Of a stretch of 64,000 bases of DNA, positions 48,864 through 60,630 are shown piece after piece (positions within the stretch are counted from its first letter, which is position 1; each line of letters begins with the position of its first letter). Below the pieces are notes generated by a model that was not told the origin of the DNA, did not search any database, and saw only the letters and a list, made by a program, of their open reading frames with translations. The stretch comes from an uncultured Actinomycetes bacterium. GTDB lineage: Bacteria > Actinomycetota > Thermoleophilia > Gaiellales > JALYLC01. The stretch covers positions 82,976-146,975 of the forward strand of contig CAWIBP010000005.1 in the NCBI GenBank assembly GCA_963834415.1. The letters run 5' to 3'. Both the position numbers and the translations under genes were made by a program.

Positions 48864-49842
48864 ATGACCGCCCTCGCCGACGCGCACAGCGACCTGCTGA
48901 TGGAGCTCGTGCACTTCCGCGCCGAGCAGGGGCCGTTCGCGAGCCGCTGGCTGCCGAAGCTCGAGGCGGGCGGCGTGCAGCTGCAGGTCTGCGCGCTCTA
49001 CTCCGACGATCCCGACCTGCCGGAGCTGGCGCTGCGCAAGGCGCTGCTCGGCGTCGGCGAGTTCGACCGCGCCGTCGCCGAGAGCTCCGGCCTCGTGGCG
49101 GTGCGCTCGCTCGCCGACCTCGAGACGGCGCTCGGCGCCGGGCCGCCGCGGTCTGATGCTGTCGCTCGAGGGCATGGAGCCGCTCGGCTACGACCCCGGC
49201 CTGATCGACGTCTTCTACGCGCTCGGCGTGCGCATGGCCTCGCTCACCTGGAACCGCCGCAACCCGTTCGCCGACGGCGCGGCCGAGGCCCCCGCGGGCG
49301 GGCTCAGCGCGATCGGGCGCTCGCTCGTCGAGCGCATGGCCGCGCTGCCGATCGCGTTCGATCTCGCGCACGCCAACGAGGGCACGTTCTGGGAGGTGCT
49401 CGAGCGCACGGGCGACCGGCCGGTGCTCGTCAGCCACGCGCTCTGCCGCACGCTCCAGGACATCCCGCGCAACCTCGGCGACCGGCAGCTCCAGGCGCTC
49501 GCCGAGCGCGACGGCGTGGTGGGTCTGATGGCGCTGCCGTTCGTCGTCCACGACAGCGAGTGGACGATCCCGCGTCTGATCGACCACGTCGACCATCTCG
49601 TGCAGACGATCGGCGTGCGCCACGTCTGCCTGGGCGGCGACTTCGCGCGCCAGCTCGAGCGCTCGGGGGCCTTCGGTACCGCTGCCGTCGGCCTGGCGAC
49701 CGAGATCGAGGGCCTCGCCGGCCCCGAGGACTACCCGCGCCTGCTCGAGGCGCTCGGCGCCCGGGGCTACGGCGACGACGACCTGCGCGCGATCGGCAGC
49801 GGGAACCTGCTGCGCGTGCTGCGCCGCACGTTGCCCGCGTAG
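48864..49842 (+). pseudogene. membrane dipeptidase family M19, frame-disrupted
   Basis: MTALADAHSDLLMEL..., then after a frame change near 49145, LMLSLEGMEPLG...ASLTWNRRNPFADG...VSHA (track ORF 49156..49842). Confidence 0.8.
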
Positions 49843-49963
49843 CCGGGCTTCCAGCCCTCGGGAGGAGCTCGGCTGGGAACCCTCTCGAGTTCCCGGCGAC
49901 GGGTGAGTACGCTCGGCCGCGAACGTCACCGCACCCCCCCAGCGCGCACGAAGGAGAACGGCG

Positions 49964-50917
49964 ATGAAGGTTGCGATCTACGGCGCGGGCCGGCTTGGCA
50001 CCGGCGTTGCGCGAGTCCTCGAGCGCCGCGGCGGCTACGACGTGCTCGGGCCCGCCGGCCGCGATCGCCGCGACGAGGCGCTGCGCTCGGGCGCCGACGT
50101 GGTCGTGATTGCCACGACGTCGTTCCTGGCGGATGTCGCCGGCGACATCCGCCTCGCGCTCGAGTCGGGATCCCCAACGTGATCGTCTCGGCCGAGGAGG
50201 CCGCCTACCCGTGGACGGCGGACGGCGCGCTCGCCGACGAGCTCGCTGCCCGTGCGCGCGCACGCGGAGTGACGGTCATCGGGTGCGGGCTGAATCCCGG
50301 CTTCGCCTTCGACGCGCTCGTGTCGCCGCGACCGGGCCGAGCGCAGAGGTCAGCTCGATTCGCGTGCAGCGCATCGTCGACCTCTCCGGCTTCGGGACGA
50401 CCGTGCTGCGGCGCATCGGCATCGGCCACACGCCCGAGCAGTTCGCAGACGGCACCGCGTCCGGGACCATCACGGGCCACATCGGCTTCCCGCAGTCGAT
50501 GCACGTGGTCGCCGACGCGCCCGGAGTCGAGCTCGAGCGTCGACCGCGAGATCTCGCCGCTTTTCGCCGAGCGCGAGGAGCGCGGGCGGCACGTCGTCGT
50601 GCCGGCCGGGAGCACCGCGGGATTCGAGCAGCACTACACCGGGATCGTCGCCGGCGAGCCGTGGTTCGAGACGCTCTACCTCGGCCACCTCGACCCGGCC
50701 TCGATCGGCAAGCCGCCGCGCGACGAGATCTGGATCGAACTACGCCGTCGTCCCCGGGTTCAACGCCCAGAGCGGCTCCTCGGCGCTGATCGCGAACTCG
50801 CTGGAGCGGCTGGCTGCCGCAGCGCCCGGGTGGCTGACCGTCGCCGATCTGCCCCCGGCCGCGTCGCGGAGCGCCCGGTCCGCGGCGCCGCGTTCGTCGA
50901 AGGAGAGCGGCCGTTGA
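49964..50917 (+). pseudogene. DapB-N-like NAD(P)-dependent amine dehydrogenase family protein, frame-disrupted (at least four junctions)
   Basis: MKVAIYGAGRLGTGVARVL, NVIVSAEEAAYPW...VIGCGLNPGFAFD, VQRIVDLSGFG...GHIGFPQSMH, FEQHYTGIVAGEPWFET and PGFNAQSGSSALIANSL lie in alternating frames. The 3' end is approximate. Confidence 0.6.
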
Positions 50918-51130
50918 CCAGGTTCGCCCGCGTCGAGGCCTTCCCGCGTCGGGAGATCTCCATCGTGCGCCGCTGATCGCGTTGCCCGCGTAGCCCGCTC
51001 TTCGGCTTGTCTGAGCCGTTCGCGGCGCGTGTGCTGGTGACGACCGCGTAGCTGCATCCTCGAAAACGAGGAGTCAGGTACCCGCCTTCCTCGGATCGTT
51101 CCGCTGCCCGCGGATCTCGATCTAGAAGGT

Positions 51131-51617
51131 ATGCGGAAGATCATTCTCACCCTCGCCACCAGCATCGCCCTGCTCGTCGTCCCGGCCCTCGGCCAGGCCG
51201 CGACGAAGCGTCACCTACAAGTCGACGAGCGAGCAGCAGGTGCTCGTGCTGCTCAACCAGATCCGCGCCCAGCACGGCCTCCCCGCGCTGACCGCGAACA
51301 GCGCAGCTGCGCAACGCCGCCCGCGCCCACTCGACCGACATGCTGCGCCGCGGCTTCTTCGACCACAACAGCCCCACCGAGACCTGGGACGCCCGCGTCG
51401 CGCGCTCCATCAAGGCCCCGCTGACCGGCGAGAACATCGCCTGGGGCTCCGGCTCGCTCGGCTCCCCCGCCGGCATCGTCAAGCAGTGGATGAACTCCCG
51501 CCGCACCGCGCGATCATCCTCACCGCCGAGCTCAAGCGCGTCGGCCTCGGCCTCGCCAGCGGCACCTTCCAGGGCACCGCCGGCGCGATCGTCGCCACCG
51601 CCGACTTCGCCTCCTGA
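51131..51617 (+). pseudogene. secreted CAP/SCP (YkwD-like) domain protein, frame-disrupted
   Basis: Signal peptide MRKIILTLATSIALLVVPALGQAA. LVLLNQIRAQHGLPAL, MLRRGFFDHNSP...ENIAWG, and HRAIILTAELKRVGLG lie in three frames. Confidence 0.7.
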
Positions 51618-51708
51618 CACCCCACCCCCCAACGATCGACCGCATCGGTGTGGCCCGCGACAAGCGGGCCACACGCGTTTTCCGGGGCCGCTCCGCTAGC
51701 GTGCGCCG

Positions 51709-53107
51709 ATGGCAGGCGGGGGCAGGCGCACGGTGATCGCCGGCGGCACGGTCGCGACCGACTCGGCCGTGCTCGCGCCGACGTGGTGATCGTCGGCGGG
51801 CGCATCGCCGGCGCTCGACCGAGCCGGGTGCCGCGGCGACGGCGGACGAGCTGATCGACGCCTCCGGGCTCGTCGTCCTGCCCGGCGCGATCGACATGCA
51901 CGCGCACTTCGAGGATCCCGGGCACACCGAGCGCGAGGACTTCACGACCGGCACGATGTCGGCCGCGGCCGGCGGCGTCACGACCGTGATCGAGCACCCG
52001 CTCACCTATCCGCCGGTGACGACGGTCGAGCTGTACCGCGAGAAGCGGGAGCATGGCGAGCCGCAAGGTCGTCGTCGACTTCGGCGCTCTGGGGCGCGCT
52101 GACCGCGCCCTCGCTGACCGAGATCGCGGGCCAGCGGGCCGAGGGGGCGATGGGCTTCAAGGCCTTCATGCCGACTCCGACCCGTCCTACCCGCACGTCG
52201 AGCGACGCCGAGTTGCTCGACGGGCATGCGCCGGGCGGCCGCGCTCGACGGGCTCGTGCTGGTGCACGCGAGAGCGACTCGCTGCTGCAGGCGGGCATCG
52301 CGCGCCTGCGCGCCGCCGGGCGCCGCGACCCGCTCGCCCATCACGAGTCGCGTCCGCCGTTCGTCGAGGAGGAGGCGGTGCACCGGGCGCTCTACCTCGC
52401 CGCCCACGCCGGCGTGCGCATCCAGATCGTGCACGTCTCGAGCCCGGTCAGCGCCGAGCTCGTGCGCGCCGAGAAGCGCGGCGGGCCGGCCGGCGACGAT
52501 GGAGATCTGCCCGCACCACCTGCTGCTCGACCTCGACGATCTCGTGCGGCTCGGGCCCTACGGCGTGTGCGCGCCGGCGCTGCGCGACCGCGTGCTCGTC
52601 GAGCGCCTGTGGGACTCCGTGCTCGACGGCACGGCCGACTGCCTCGTCTCCGACCACTCGGCCTACACGCGCGCCGAGAAGGACGCCGGTCGCGACGACA
52701 TCTTCGACTCACCGCTCGGCTGCCAGGTGATGCAGGAGACGGTCCCGCTCGTGCTCGACGAGGCCGACCACCGGCGCGGCCTGCCGCTCGACGCGTTCGT
52801 GCGCTTCTCGTCGACGAACGCCGCGCGCATCAGCGGCACCTACCCGCGCAAGGGCACGCTCCTGCCGGGCGCCGATGCCGACGTCGTGCTCTACGACCTC
52901 GAGCGCGAGTGGCAGGTCGACGCCGCCGCGCAGCAGTTCTCCAAGAACCCGTGGTCGCCGTTCGACGGCCGCCGCGTGCGCGCCCGCGTGGTGCGCACGC
53001 TCGTGCGCGGCGAGACGGTCTACCTCGACGGCGAGATCCTCGCCGAGCCCGGCTCCGGCCGCTTCCTCTCGTGCCACGGCGACTACGCGCTCGCGCCGCC
53101 GGGTTGA
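51709..53107 (+). pseudogene. cyclic amidohydrolase (allantoinase/dihydropyrimidinase-like), 5' half heavily frame-disrupted
   Basis: TAGCGT-N6-ATG 51709. VLPGAIDMHAHFEDPG, GVTTVIEHP, GFKAFM, and then an intact ICPHHLLLD...VSDHSAY...ADADVVLYD (track ORF 52226..53107). Confidence 0.8.
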
Positions 53108-53307
53108 TCGCTCAGGCGCGTGACGCGGATGGCCAGCTCCGGGCACGAGTCGGCCGCCTCCTGGGCGTCCTCCTCGTGCCCGGCCGGCACCGTTCCGTCG
53201 CCGATCACGACCGCGTAGCCGAGCTCGTCGCTCGCGAACACGGCCGGGCAGATCGCCAGGCACTGGGCATGGCCGACGCACGCCCCGCGGTCGACCTCGA
53301 CCCTCAC
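53083..53307 (-). CDS. ferredoxin (single-cluster, P450 partner type)
   Basis: GTGA-coupled GTG at 53307 reads VRVEVDRGACVGHAQCLAICPAVF...AADSCPELAI. Confidence 0.8.
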   Translation of the reverse strand: MRVEVDRGACVGHAQCLAICPAVFASDELGYAVVIGDGTVPAGHEEDAQEAADSCPELAIRVTRLSDQPGGASA

Positions 53308-54479
53308 GCGGCGTTCCAGACGACGCGCAGGGGCCCCGCGGCGTACCACCCGGGATCCGGGCCGGGCGCGAGCTCGAAGTCCGGGATCAGGCGCAGCACC
53401 TCCTCGACGGCGACGCGCAGCTCGAGCCGGGCGAGGTTCGAGCCCACGCAGCGGTGCGGGCCGATGCCGAAGGCGACGTGGCGGCCGTCCCGGCGGTCGA
53501 GGTGCAGCTCGTCGGCGTCGGAGAAGACCGCGGGGTCGCGGTTCGCCGCGCCGAACAGCAGCAGCACCCGGTCGCCCGCGGCGATCGAGCGGCCCGGCGA
53601 CCTCGCTGTCGCAGCGTCGCGGTGCGGGCGAGCGCGGTGACCGGAGAGAAGAGCCGCAGCGACTGCTCGACGAGGTTGTGCACGAGCGCCGGCTCGGCCA
53701 GCACGCGGGCGCGCACGGCGGGCTCGACCGCGAGCAGCCGCAGCGTCGCGCGGATCCCGAACGCGGTGTTCTCGAGCCCGGCGATCAGCAGGAAGAAGCA
53801 GAGGTCGAGGATCTCGTCCTCGCCGTACGGCCGCCCCTCGACGTCGCCCTGCAGCAGCAGCGAGATGAGGTCGTCGCGGCCCGGGTGCGCACGCCGGTCG
53901 GCGACCTGGAGCGCGAGGAACTCGTAGAGCGCGTCGGCCGCCGCGCGGACCTCCTCGGGCGAGGTGCCGTCGACGCGGCCGTACATCAGGGTGTCGGTCC
54001 AGGCCCAGAACGCCTCGTCGCGCTCGACCCCGAGCAGGCGCGTGATCAGGAGCATCGGCAGGGGCTTGCAGAGCGTCTCGTAGAGGTCGGCCTCGCCGCG
54101 CCCGGCGATGCCCTCGACGAGGCCGCGGGCGAGCTCGCGCACGTCCTGCTCCATCCCCGCGACGGCGGCCGGGGCGAAGCGCGGGAGCAGCAGGCGGCGG
54201 TACTCGGGGTGCTCGGGCGGATCGGCCTCCATCGGCAGCAGCGGCCGGCCGTGTCCGACCGGCGGCAGCATCACGCCCGGGCGCGGAGGCGAAGCGCTCG
54301 ACGTCGCGGCCGATCTCGCAGACGTCCTCGTGCCGGCTCGCGATCCAGAATCCGCCCCACGCGTCCGAGTGCGCGAGCGGGCATTCGCCGCGCAGCTCGG
54401 CATAGGCCTCCGCGCAGCGGGCGCGCATCGCGTGGTCGTTGTGGTCGAACGAGGATGCGCGCGGATCGACAGCGGCCAT
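53304..54479 (-). pseudogene. cytochrome P450, frame-disrupted (about three junctions, net 0)
   Basis: The N- and C-termini lie in the frame of track ORF 53304..54479, with FGIGPHRCVGSNLA heme loop. The middle lies in ORF 53387..54403, with LLIAGLENTAF I-helix. Junctions are near 54285 and 53600-53630. Confidence 0.85.
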
Positions 54480-54616
54480 CAGGATCGCAGCGCTCTCGTC
54501 GTGTCGGATCCGATCCGCGTCGTGCGCGACATCCTGCGGCTCCTCGCATCGCCCCGTGCCCGGTCGCCGACGAATCTAGCCGACGGACGCAGCCCCTGCC
54601 AGGGAGCGGCCGGCGG

Positions 54617-55246
54617 TCACCACGTCTGCCAGTGCAGCACCGTCTCGAGCGGATTGCGCTTGGCCGGCTTGAAGTCGGTGCCGACGGTGTAGGCGACCGG
54701 GATCAGCGCGACCTGCGTGACCTCGTCGAACGGGATGCCGAGCAGCTCTGCCGCCTCGCGCTCGTAGTCGAGGTGATGCGTCGTCCAGACGCTGCCGAGG
54801 CCGCGTTCGCGGGCGGCGAGCTGGAAGCTCCAGCCGGCCTGGATGATCGAGCCGTAGAGCCAGGCCAGATCGGCCGGCGACCTGCCCTCGGGCCGCCCCT
54901 CGATGCAGGCGATCACGTGCACCGGGACCTCGTGCAGGTGCGCCGCGAGGTGCCGCGAGCCGGCTTCCGGGCCGGTCTCGCTCGGCGGCACCTCGCTCGG
55001 CAGGCGGCCGCCGTTGTACGGCACCCACGAGCGCAGGTAGAGCTCGGCGAGCGCCGCCCGCGTCGCCTCGTCGGTGACGATCAGGAAGTGCCAGTTCTGG
55101 GTGTTCGTCGAGGTCGGCGCCTGCACCGCGAGCCGTACGCACTCCTCGAGCAGCTCGTGCTCGACCGGCCGCGTCAGGTCGAGGCGGCGCCGGACTGCGC
55201 GGGTGGTGGAGAGCAGCTGGTCGGGCGTCAGGTCGAGGTGTGGCAC
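54617..55246 (-). CDS. nitroreductase family protein
   Basis: TRAVRRRLDLTRPVE...APTSTNTQNWHFLIV. Intact 209 aa. Confidence 0.85.
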   Translation of the reverse strand: MPHLDLTPDQLLSTTRAVRRRLDLTRPVEHELLEECVRLAVQAPTSTNTQNWHFLIVTDEATRAALAELYLRSWVPYNGGRLPSEVPPSETGPEAGSRHLAAHLHEVPVHVIACIEGRPEGRSPADLAWLYGSIIQAGWSFQLAARERGLGSVWTTHHLDYEREAAELLGIPFDEVTQVALIPVAYTVGTDFKPAKRNPLETVLHWQTW

Positions 55247-55356
55247 GAGGGCTCCTGCGGTTGTCGGGCGAGGCGGTGCTGGACGTGATGGTATGCATGC
55301 CGCGAGCCCGTCTTCCGGGCCCGCTCGCGACCACCGCGCACGAGGAGGGGTAGCCG

Positions 55357-55774
55357 ATGACCGCAGACTTCACCGGATCCGGCGAGCCGGACGATCCCTG
55401 GCAGCTGACGACGCCGCCCGGCTCGTCGGCCTACACGGCCTGGCGCGACGCCGTCGCTCGATCCCCCGGCGCTCGTCGTCCAGGTCGGCAAGACCCGCCT
55501 GCAGTACCGCCTGAGCTGCATCGAGGATCTGCACGCGATGCTGCGCGAGCGCGGCGACTGGGTGCCGCTCGGCGGCGCCGACGAGGGAAAGCCCGCGACG
55601 GAGGGCAGCGTCGAGGCCTGGGGCCGCGCGGAGGACAATCCCGTCGGCGGCTTCTACGGCCTCAAGAAGGGCCTGCGCGGGCGCTTCGGCGTGTACGTGC
55701 CTCCGGTGCTCGAGGCGCTCGGCCTGGCCGAGCTCGAGCACCAGCCGCGCAACAACCGCATGCGGGCGATCTAG
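55357..55774 (+). pseudogene. conserved hypothetical protein, frame-disrupted
   Basis: MTADFTGSGEPDDPWQLTTPPGSSAYTAWRDAV, then after a frame change near 55460, ...LQYRLSCIEDLHAMLRERGDWVPLGGADEGKPATEGSVEAWGR...GLKKGLRGRFGVYVPPVLEALGLAE. Confidence 0.55.
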
Positions 55775-56242
55775 TGGCGCCCGCGCCGGCCCCGCGCCCG
55801 CCGCTTCCGCCCTTCGACGAGGAGAGCGCGCGCACCAAGGTGCAGGCGGCCGAGGACGCCTGGAACAGCCGCGATCCCGACCGCGTCGTGGCTCGCCTAC
55901 ACGCCCGACTCGGAGTGGCGCAACCGCAGCGAGTTCCTGAGCGGGCGCGACGAGATCCACGCGTTCCTCGTGCGCAAGTGGGAGCGCGAGCTCGACTACG
56001 TGCTGCGCAAGCAGCTCTGGGCGTTCACGGACGACCGCATCGCCGTGCGCTTCCAGTACGAGTGGCACGACGCGGCCGGCCAGTGGTGGCGCTCGTACGG
56101 CAACGAGAACTGGGAGTTCGACGAGCACGGGCTGATGCGCCGGCGCGAGGCGTCGATCAACGACGTCGCGATCGCCGAGGCCGAGCGGCGGATCGACGGC
56201 CCCCGGCCGTCCGGCGACGCGCAGGAGGTTCCGCTCCGCTGA
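55774..56242 (+). pseudogene. DUF1348 (NTF2-like) family protein, frame-disrupted
   Basis: [28 protein letters not shown], then after a frame change near 55895, ...[34 protein letters not shown]...[17 protein letters not shown]. Confidence 0.75.
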
Positions 56243-56287
56243 AGAGGCGTGCCGTGCCGGTTATTCGACAGTTGTAGTGTTGAATAT

Positions 56288-56632
56288 GTGAGCGACGGCA
56301 TCATCGATCTGGCGGGCCTGCGCGACGGCTCCGGGCCGCTCTGGGGCATGCAGTCGGACGAGCTCAACGCCACGCTGCTGGCCTGGCCGCCCGGCGGGGG
56401 TGTCGGCGAGCACGTCAACGACGAGCTCGAGGTCGTGATGGTCGTGCTCTCGGGCTCCGCGAGCGTCACGCTCGACGGTCGCGAGCGCCGCCTCGCCGCC
56501 GAGCAGCTGCTCGTGCTCCCGCGCGGCGCCCGGCGTGCCGTGAAGGCCGGCCCCGGCGGGGTGCGTTACCTCTCGATCCATCGCCGGCGGGCGCCGCTCC
56601 TGCCCTCGAGCGCAAGGGGGCCGAGGGCGTGA
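56288..56632 (+). CDS. cupin domain protein
   Basis: TAGTGT-N7-GTG 56288. GEHVNDELEVVMVVLSGSASVTLDG...LVLPRGARRAV. Confidence 0.7.
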   Translation: MSDGIIDLAGLRDGSGPLWGMQSDELNATLLAWPPGGGVGEHVNDELEVVMVVLSGSASVTLDGRERRLAAEQLLVLPRGARRAVKAGPGGVRYLSIHRRRAPLLPSSARGPRA

Positions 56633-57063
56633 CGGAGACCGAGAAGCTCCTCGCGCTCGCGTTGCCGTTCGTCTGGCTCGGTTTGATTCTCGGCATCTCA
56701 GCGATCGAGACGCCGCTCAAGTTCCGGGCGCCGGGCATCACGCGGGAGCTCGGACTCGGCATCGGCCGTCTGGTGTTCAAAGCGCTCAACCGCGTCGAGC
56801 TCGCCCTGGCCGCCGTGCTCGCGATCGTCGTCGTCCACCGCGTGCGCGACTGGCCGCTGGCGCTGCTGTGCGCGATCGTCGCGCTGCTCGCCGTGCAGGT
56901 CGTCGCACTCCGGCCCCGGCTCGACGCCAGCGTCGTCCGCATCCTCGCGGGCGAGCAGGTGCCCCCGTCGAAGCTGCACGTGGCCTACATCGCGCTCGAG
57001 ACCGCCAAGCTGGTGCTGCTGCCGGTGCTCGGCGCCGTGCTCGCCGCGCGCTGGATCGCATGA
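56629..57063 (+). CDS. small integral membrane protein (four TM)
   Basis: GTGA-coupled start. Intact 144 aa and hydrophobic throughout. Confidence 0.7.
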   Translation: MTETEKLLALALPFVWLGLILGISAIETPLKFRAPGITRELGLGIGRLVFKALNRVELALAAVLAIVVVHRVRDWPLALLCAIVALLAVQVVALRPRLDASVVRILAGEQVPPSKLHVAYIALETAKLVLLPVLGAVLAARWIA

Positions 57064-57690
57064 CCCGGCGCGACGGGCCGCAGCGGATCCAGGCCGCGCT
57101 CGCGGGCGCGGCCGACGGCCTCTCGGTGCGCGAGCTGGCCGGCGCCGCGGGACTGCACGAGAACGCCGTGCGGCGGACGCTCGCGCTGCTCGCGGCCGAG
57201 GGTGCCGTGGTCGTCGAGCGCCGGGCGTCCGGTGCGCGCGGGCGACCGCTGCAGCGCTACCGCCTCGTCGCTCCCGCCGACGAGCCGTTCAGGGCGCTCG
57301 TGCCGCTCCTGCTCGCCCTGCTCGCCGCCGGCGACAGCTCCGCGGAGGCCGCGTACGCCGCCGGGCGGGCGTACGGCGAGTCGTCCGGCGCCGGTTCCCT
57401 GGGCGTGCGCGGCGCCATGGTCGCCTCGCTCGCCGCGTCCGGCTTCGCACCGCTCGAGCGGCCGTCCGCCGCGGGTGGGAGCGTGACGCTCGAGCTCACC
57501 CGTTGCCCGTTCACCGACGCCGTGCTGCACACGCCGAACGGTCGCACGATCTGCCATCTCCACCACGGACTGCTCGCGGGCGTCGCACGCGTCAACGCGG
57601 GTGAGCTCGACGAGTTCGCGATCAACGACCCGCGTGTGACGCCGCTGCCGCGTCGCGTTTCACGCCGTCGAGCCGCAGGCCGCGGCATGA
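57060..57690 (+). pseudogene. winged-helix (ArsR/MarR-like) transcriptional regulator with Cys/His-rich C-terminal domain; probable frame change near its 3' end
   Basis: ATGA-coupled ATG at 57060. LSVRELAGAAGLHENAVRRTLALLAAEGAVVVER. TRCPF...CHLHHG. After about 57650 the alternative frame gives CRVAFHAVEPQAAA-stop. Confidence 0.6.
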
Positions 57691-57874
57691 CCGGCGGCGA
57701 CTCGCCCGTCGCAACGCTCGAGCGCTGGGAGGCGCACGGCGCGACCTGGCGCGTCGTCATCCTGACCGAGCGCCTCGCAGTCGTGGAGCTGTGCACGTGC
57801 CACGGCGAGGTCGTCGACACGCTGCGCTCGAGCGATCCGGCGTTCGCTGCGCTACTCTCACCGAGCGCGCCTGA
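57687..57874 (+). CDS. small hypothetical protein (MTGGDSPVATLERWEAHGATWRVVILTERLAVVELCTCHGEVVDTLRSSDP...), 3' end uncertain
   Basis: ATGA overlap with the regulator stop in the shifted frame. The listed frame has no stop until 58448, so the end needs a frame change. Confidence 0.3.
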
Positions 57875-60630
57875 TCGCGCTAGTGCGACCCGGCGTGGTC
57901 GTGCTCGTGCGAGGTGCTGCAGCGGCGGGGCGTGCTGCGGTGCCGATCAGCTGCAGATCGACCGCGATCACCTTGTACTCCGGGCACGAGGTGTTGACGT
58001 CGGAGGACTGGCCGACGAGCAGGTTCGTGCGCTGCTCGGGGAAGTGGAAGGTCGTGAACACGTGGCCCGGGACGATCCGCTCGGTGATGCGCGCCTCCTG
58101 CTCGATCTGGCCGACGCGGCTCTTGATCGAGACCGTGTCGCCCGTCGCGATGCCGAGGCGTGCGGCGTCCTCGGGGTGGATCTCGAGCCAGTCGGAGTCG
58201 AGCAGCTCGACGTTGGCGGTGCGGCGCGTCATCGTGCCGGCGTTGTAGTGCTCGAGCCGGCGGCCGGTGACGAGGATCAGCGGGAACTCGGCGTCGGCGT
58301 GGTCGCCCGGCTCCTTGTAGGGCAGCGCCGCGAAGCGCGCCGAGGCCGCTGGGCGTGTCGAACGTCGTCTCGTAGAGGATCGGCGCGTCGGTGCCGTCGG
58401 GCTCCACGGGCCACTGCAGGCCGTTGCGGCCGAGCCGCTCGTAGGTGATGCCGGCGAAGTCGGGCGTCAGCGCGGCGATCTCGGCCATCACGTCGGCGGG
58501 CGTCTCGTAGCCCATCTCGTGGCCGAGCGCCGACGGAGACGCGCGTGAGGATGTCGAAGTCGGGCGCGCGCTGCCGGGCGGGTCGATCGCCGGCATCGAC
58601 GAGCTGGAGACGGCGCTCGGCGTTCGTGAAGGTGCCCGATCTTCTCGAGGAACGACGCGGCGGGCAGGATCACGTCGGCGTACTTCGTCGTCGCGTTCTC
58701 GAAGATCTCCTGGCAGACCAGGAAGTCGAGGCTCTCGAGCGCGTGCTGGACGTGCGCGGTGTCCGGATCGGTCTGCGCGACGTCCTCGCCGAAGATGTAC
58801 ATCGCCTTGAGCTTGCCCTCGACCGCGGCATCGAACATCTGCGGGATCGTGTAGCCCTTCTCGCGCGGCATCGAGACGCCCCAGCCTGGCCTCGAAGGAC
58901 GCGCGACCTCCTCGTCGCCGACGGAGCGGTAGGCGGTGTAGCAGTCGGGCAGCGCGCCCATGTCGGACGAGCCCTGGACGTTGTTCTGGCCGCGCAGCGG
59001 CAGCAGGGCGGCGCCGGGCTTGCCGACGTTGCCGGTCATCATCGCGAGGTTGCAGATCAGCTGCACGACCTCGGAGCCGTAGAGGTGCTCGGTCACGCCG
59101 AGCCCCCAGCTGAACGAGCTCGCCTCGCCCGCGGCGTAGATGTGCGCCGCGCGCTCGATGTCGGCCGCGGGACGCCGGTGATCTCCTCGACGTCGGCCGG
59201 CGTGTACGCCGCGAGCAGCTCGGCGAAGAGCTCGTAGCCCTCGGTGCGCTCGGCGACGAAGCCCGTGTCCATGAGCCCGTCGCGGTGACCACGTGCGCCA
59301 TGCCGAGGATCACCGCGGCGTTGGTGCCGGGCCGCGGCGAGAGGTGCAGGACGCCGTAGTCGGCGAGCTCGATGCGGCGCGGGTCGATCGTGATCAGCTT
59401 CGTGCCGTCGAGCGCCGCCTGCTTCATGCGCGCGCCGACCACGGGATGGCGCCTGCGTCGGGTTGGCGCCGATCACGACGAGCACGTCGGAGGCCTCGAT
59501 GTCGTCGAACGAGCCGGTCGCGCCCGAGAGCCCGAACGACTTGCGCAGCGCGAACGAGGTCGGCGAGTGGCACACGCGCGAGCAGTTGTCGATGTTGTTG
59601 GTGCCGATCGCGGCGCGCATCATGCGCTGCATCGCGTAGCAGTCCTCGTTGGTCGCGCGCGAGGAGGCGAGGCCGGCGATCGCGTTCGGGCCGTGCTCCG
59701 ACTTGATGCGGTTGAACTCGCGCGCGATGCGCGCGATCGCCTCTTCCCAGGAGGCGATGCGGAAGGTCTCGCCCTCGCGGATCAGCGGCGTCGTGAGGCG
59801 GTCGCGCGAGCGCGTGTACTGATGCGCGAAGCGGCCCTTGACGCACGTGTGGCCCTTGTTGGCGGGGCCGTCGAGGGCCGGCGAGATGGAGGCGATCTTG
59901 CCGTCGCGGGCGTGCGTCTCGAGGCGGCAACCCACGCCGCAGTAGCCGCACGTCGTCGTCGTCTCGTGCTCGAATCTCTGCATCGGGCTCACCTCGTGGG
60001 AAGCGCGTCGTTCAGTGGGAGGAGCGTGATCTCGGTGATCGCATCCGTGGGACAGCTATCCGCACAGGCACCGCAGGAAACACACGTGGAGTTCAGGAAG
60101 CCGGCGTCGAGGCCGGCGGTGACGTTGCTCGCGAAGCCGCGGCCGGTGGCCGTCAGCGCGAACGCGCCCTGCACCTCGTCGCAGGCCCGCACGCAGCGCC
60201 CGCACGAGATGCACAGCTCGTGCTGGAAGGCGAGGTACGGGTGGCGCGCGTCGTGGTCGACCGCGTGCGTGACGCCCGGCCAGCGCGGCTCGCCGACCTC
60301 GAGCTGCCGTGCGACCAGGGCGAGCTCGGTGTGCGCCGCGGGCGCGCGCGGCAGCTCCGAGAGCACCAGCTCGACGACGCCGCGGGCGATGCGCCGCGCG
60401 GTCTCGTCGCGCGTGCTCACGACCATGCCGTCACGGCACGGCGTCGTGCAGGAGGGCAACGGGCCCGGCGCGCCCTCGACGCCGACGAGGCACACGCGGC
60501 AGGCGCCGAACGGGTCCTGGCGCTCGTCGAAGCAGAGCACGGGGATGCTCGAGCCGACCATGCGCGCGGCCTCGAGAATCGTGGTGCCGTTCTCCACGGC
60601 GACCGGGGTTCCGTCGATCGTGACCTGCAT
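57858..60630 (-). pseudogene. NAD-dependent formate dehydrogenase alpha subunit (FdsA-type: 2Fe-2S/4Fe-4S N-domain plus molybdopterin domain), heavily frame-disrupted
   Basis: MQVTIDGTPV...CISCGRCVRAC...CVSCGACADSCP. TTTTCGYCGVGC...NKGHTCVKGRF...CSRVCHSPT. C-terminal CPEYKVIAVDL. Joins track ORFs 59989..60708, 59093..59992, 57880..59442, 58488..59096 and 57858..58232. Confidence 0.85.

Noticed and set aside
59989-59992. Treating the FdsA N-domain and molybdopterin domain as two confidently separate genes because of the GTGA overlap.
   Set aside because: The same gene has many other frame breaks, and one extra base here would create exactly this picture. I kept it as one disrupted gene and flagged the alternative.
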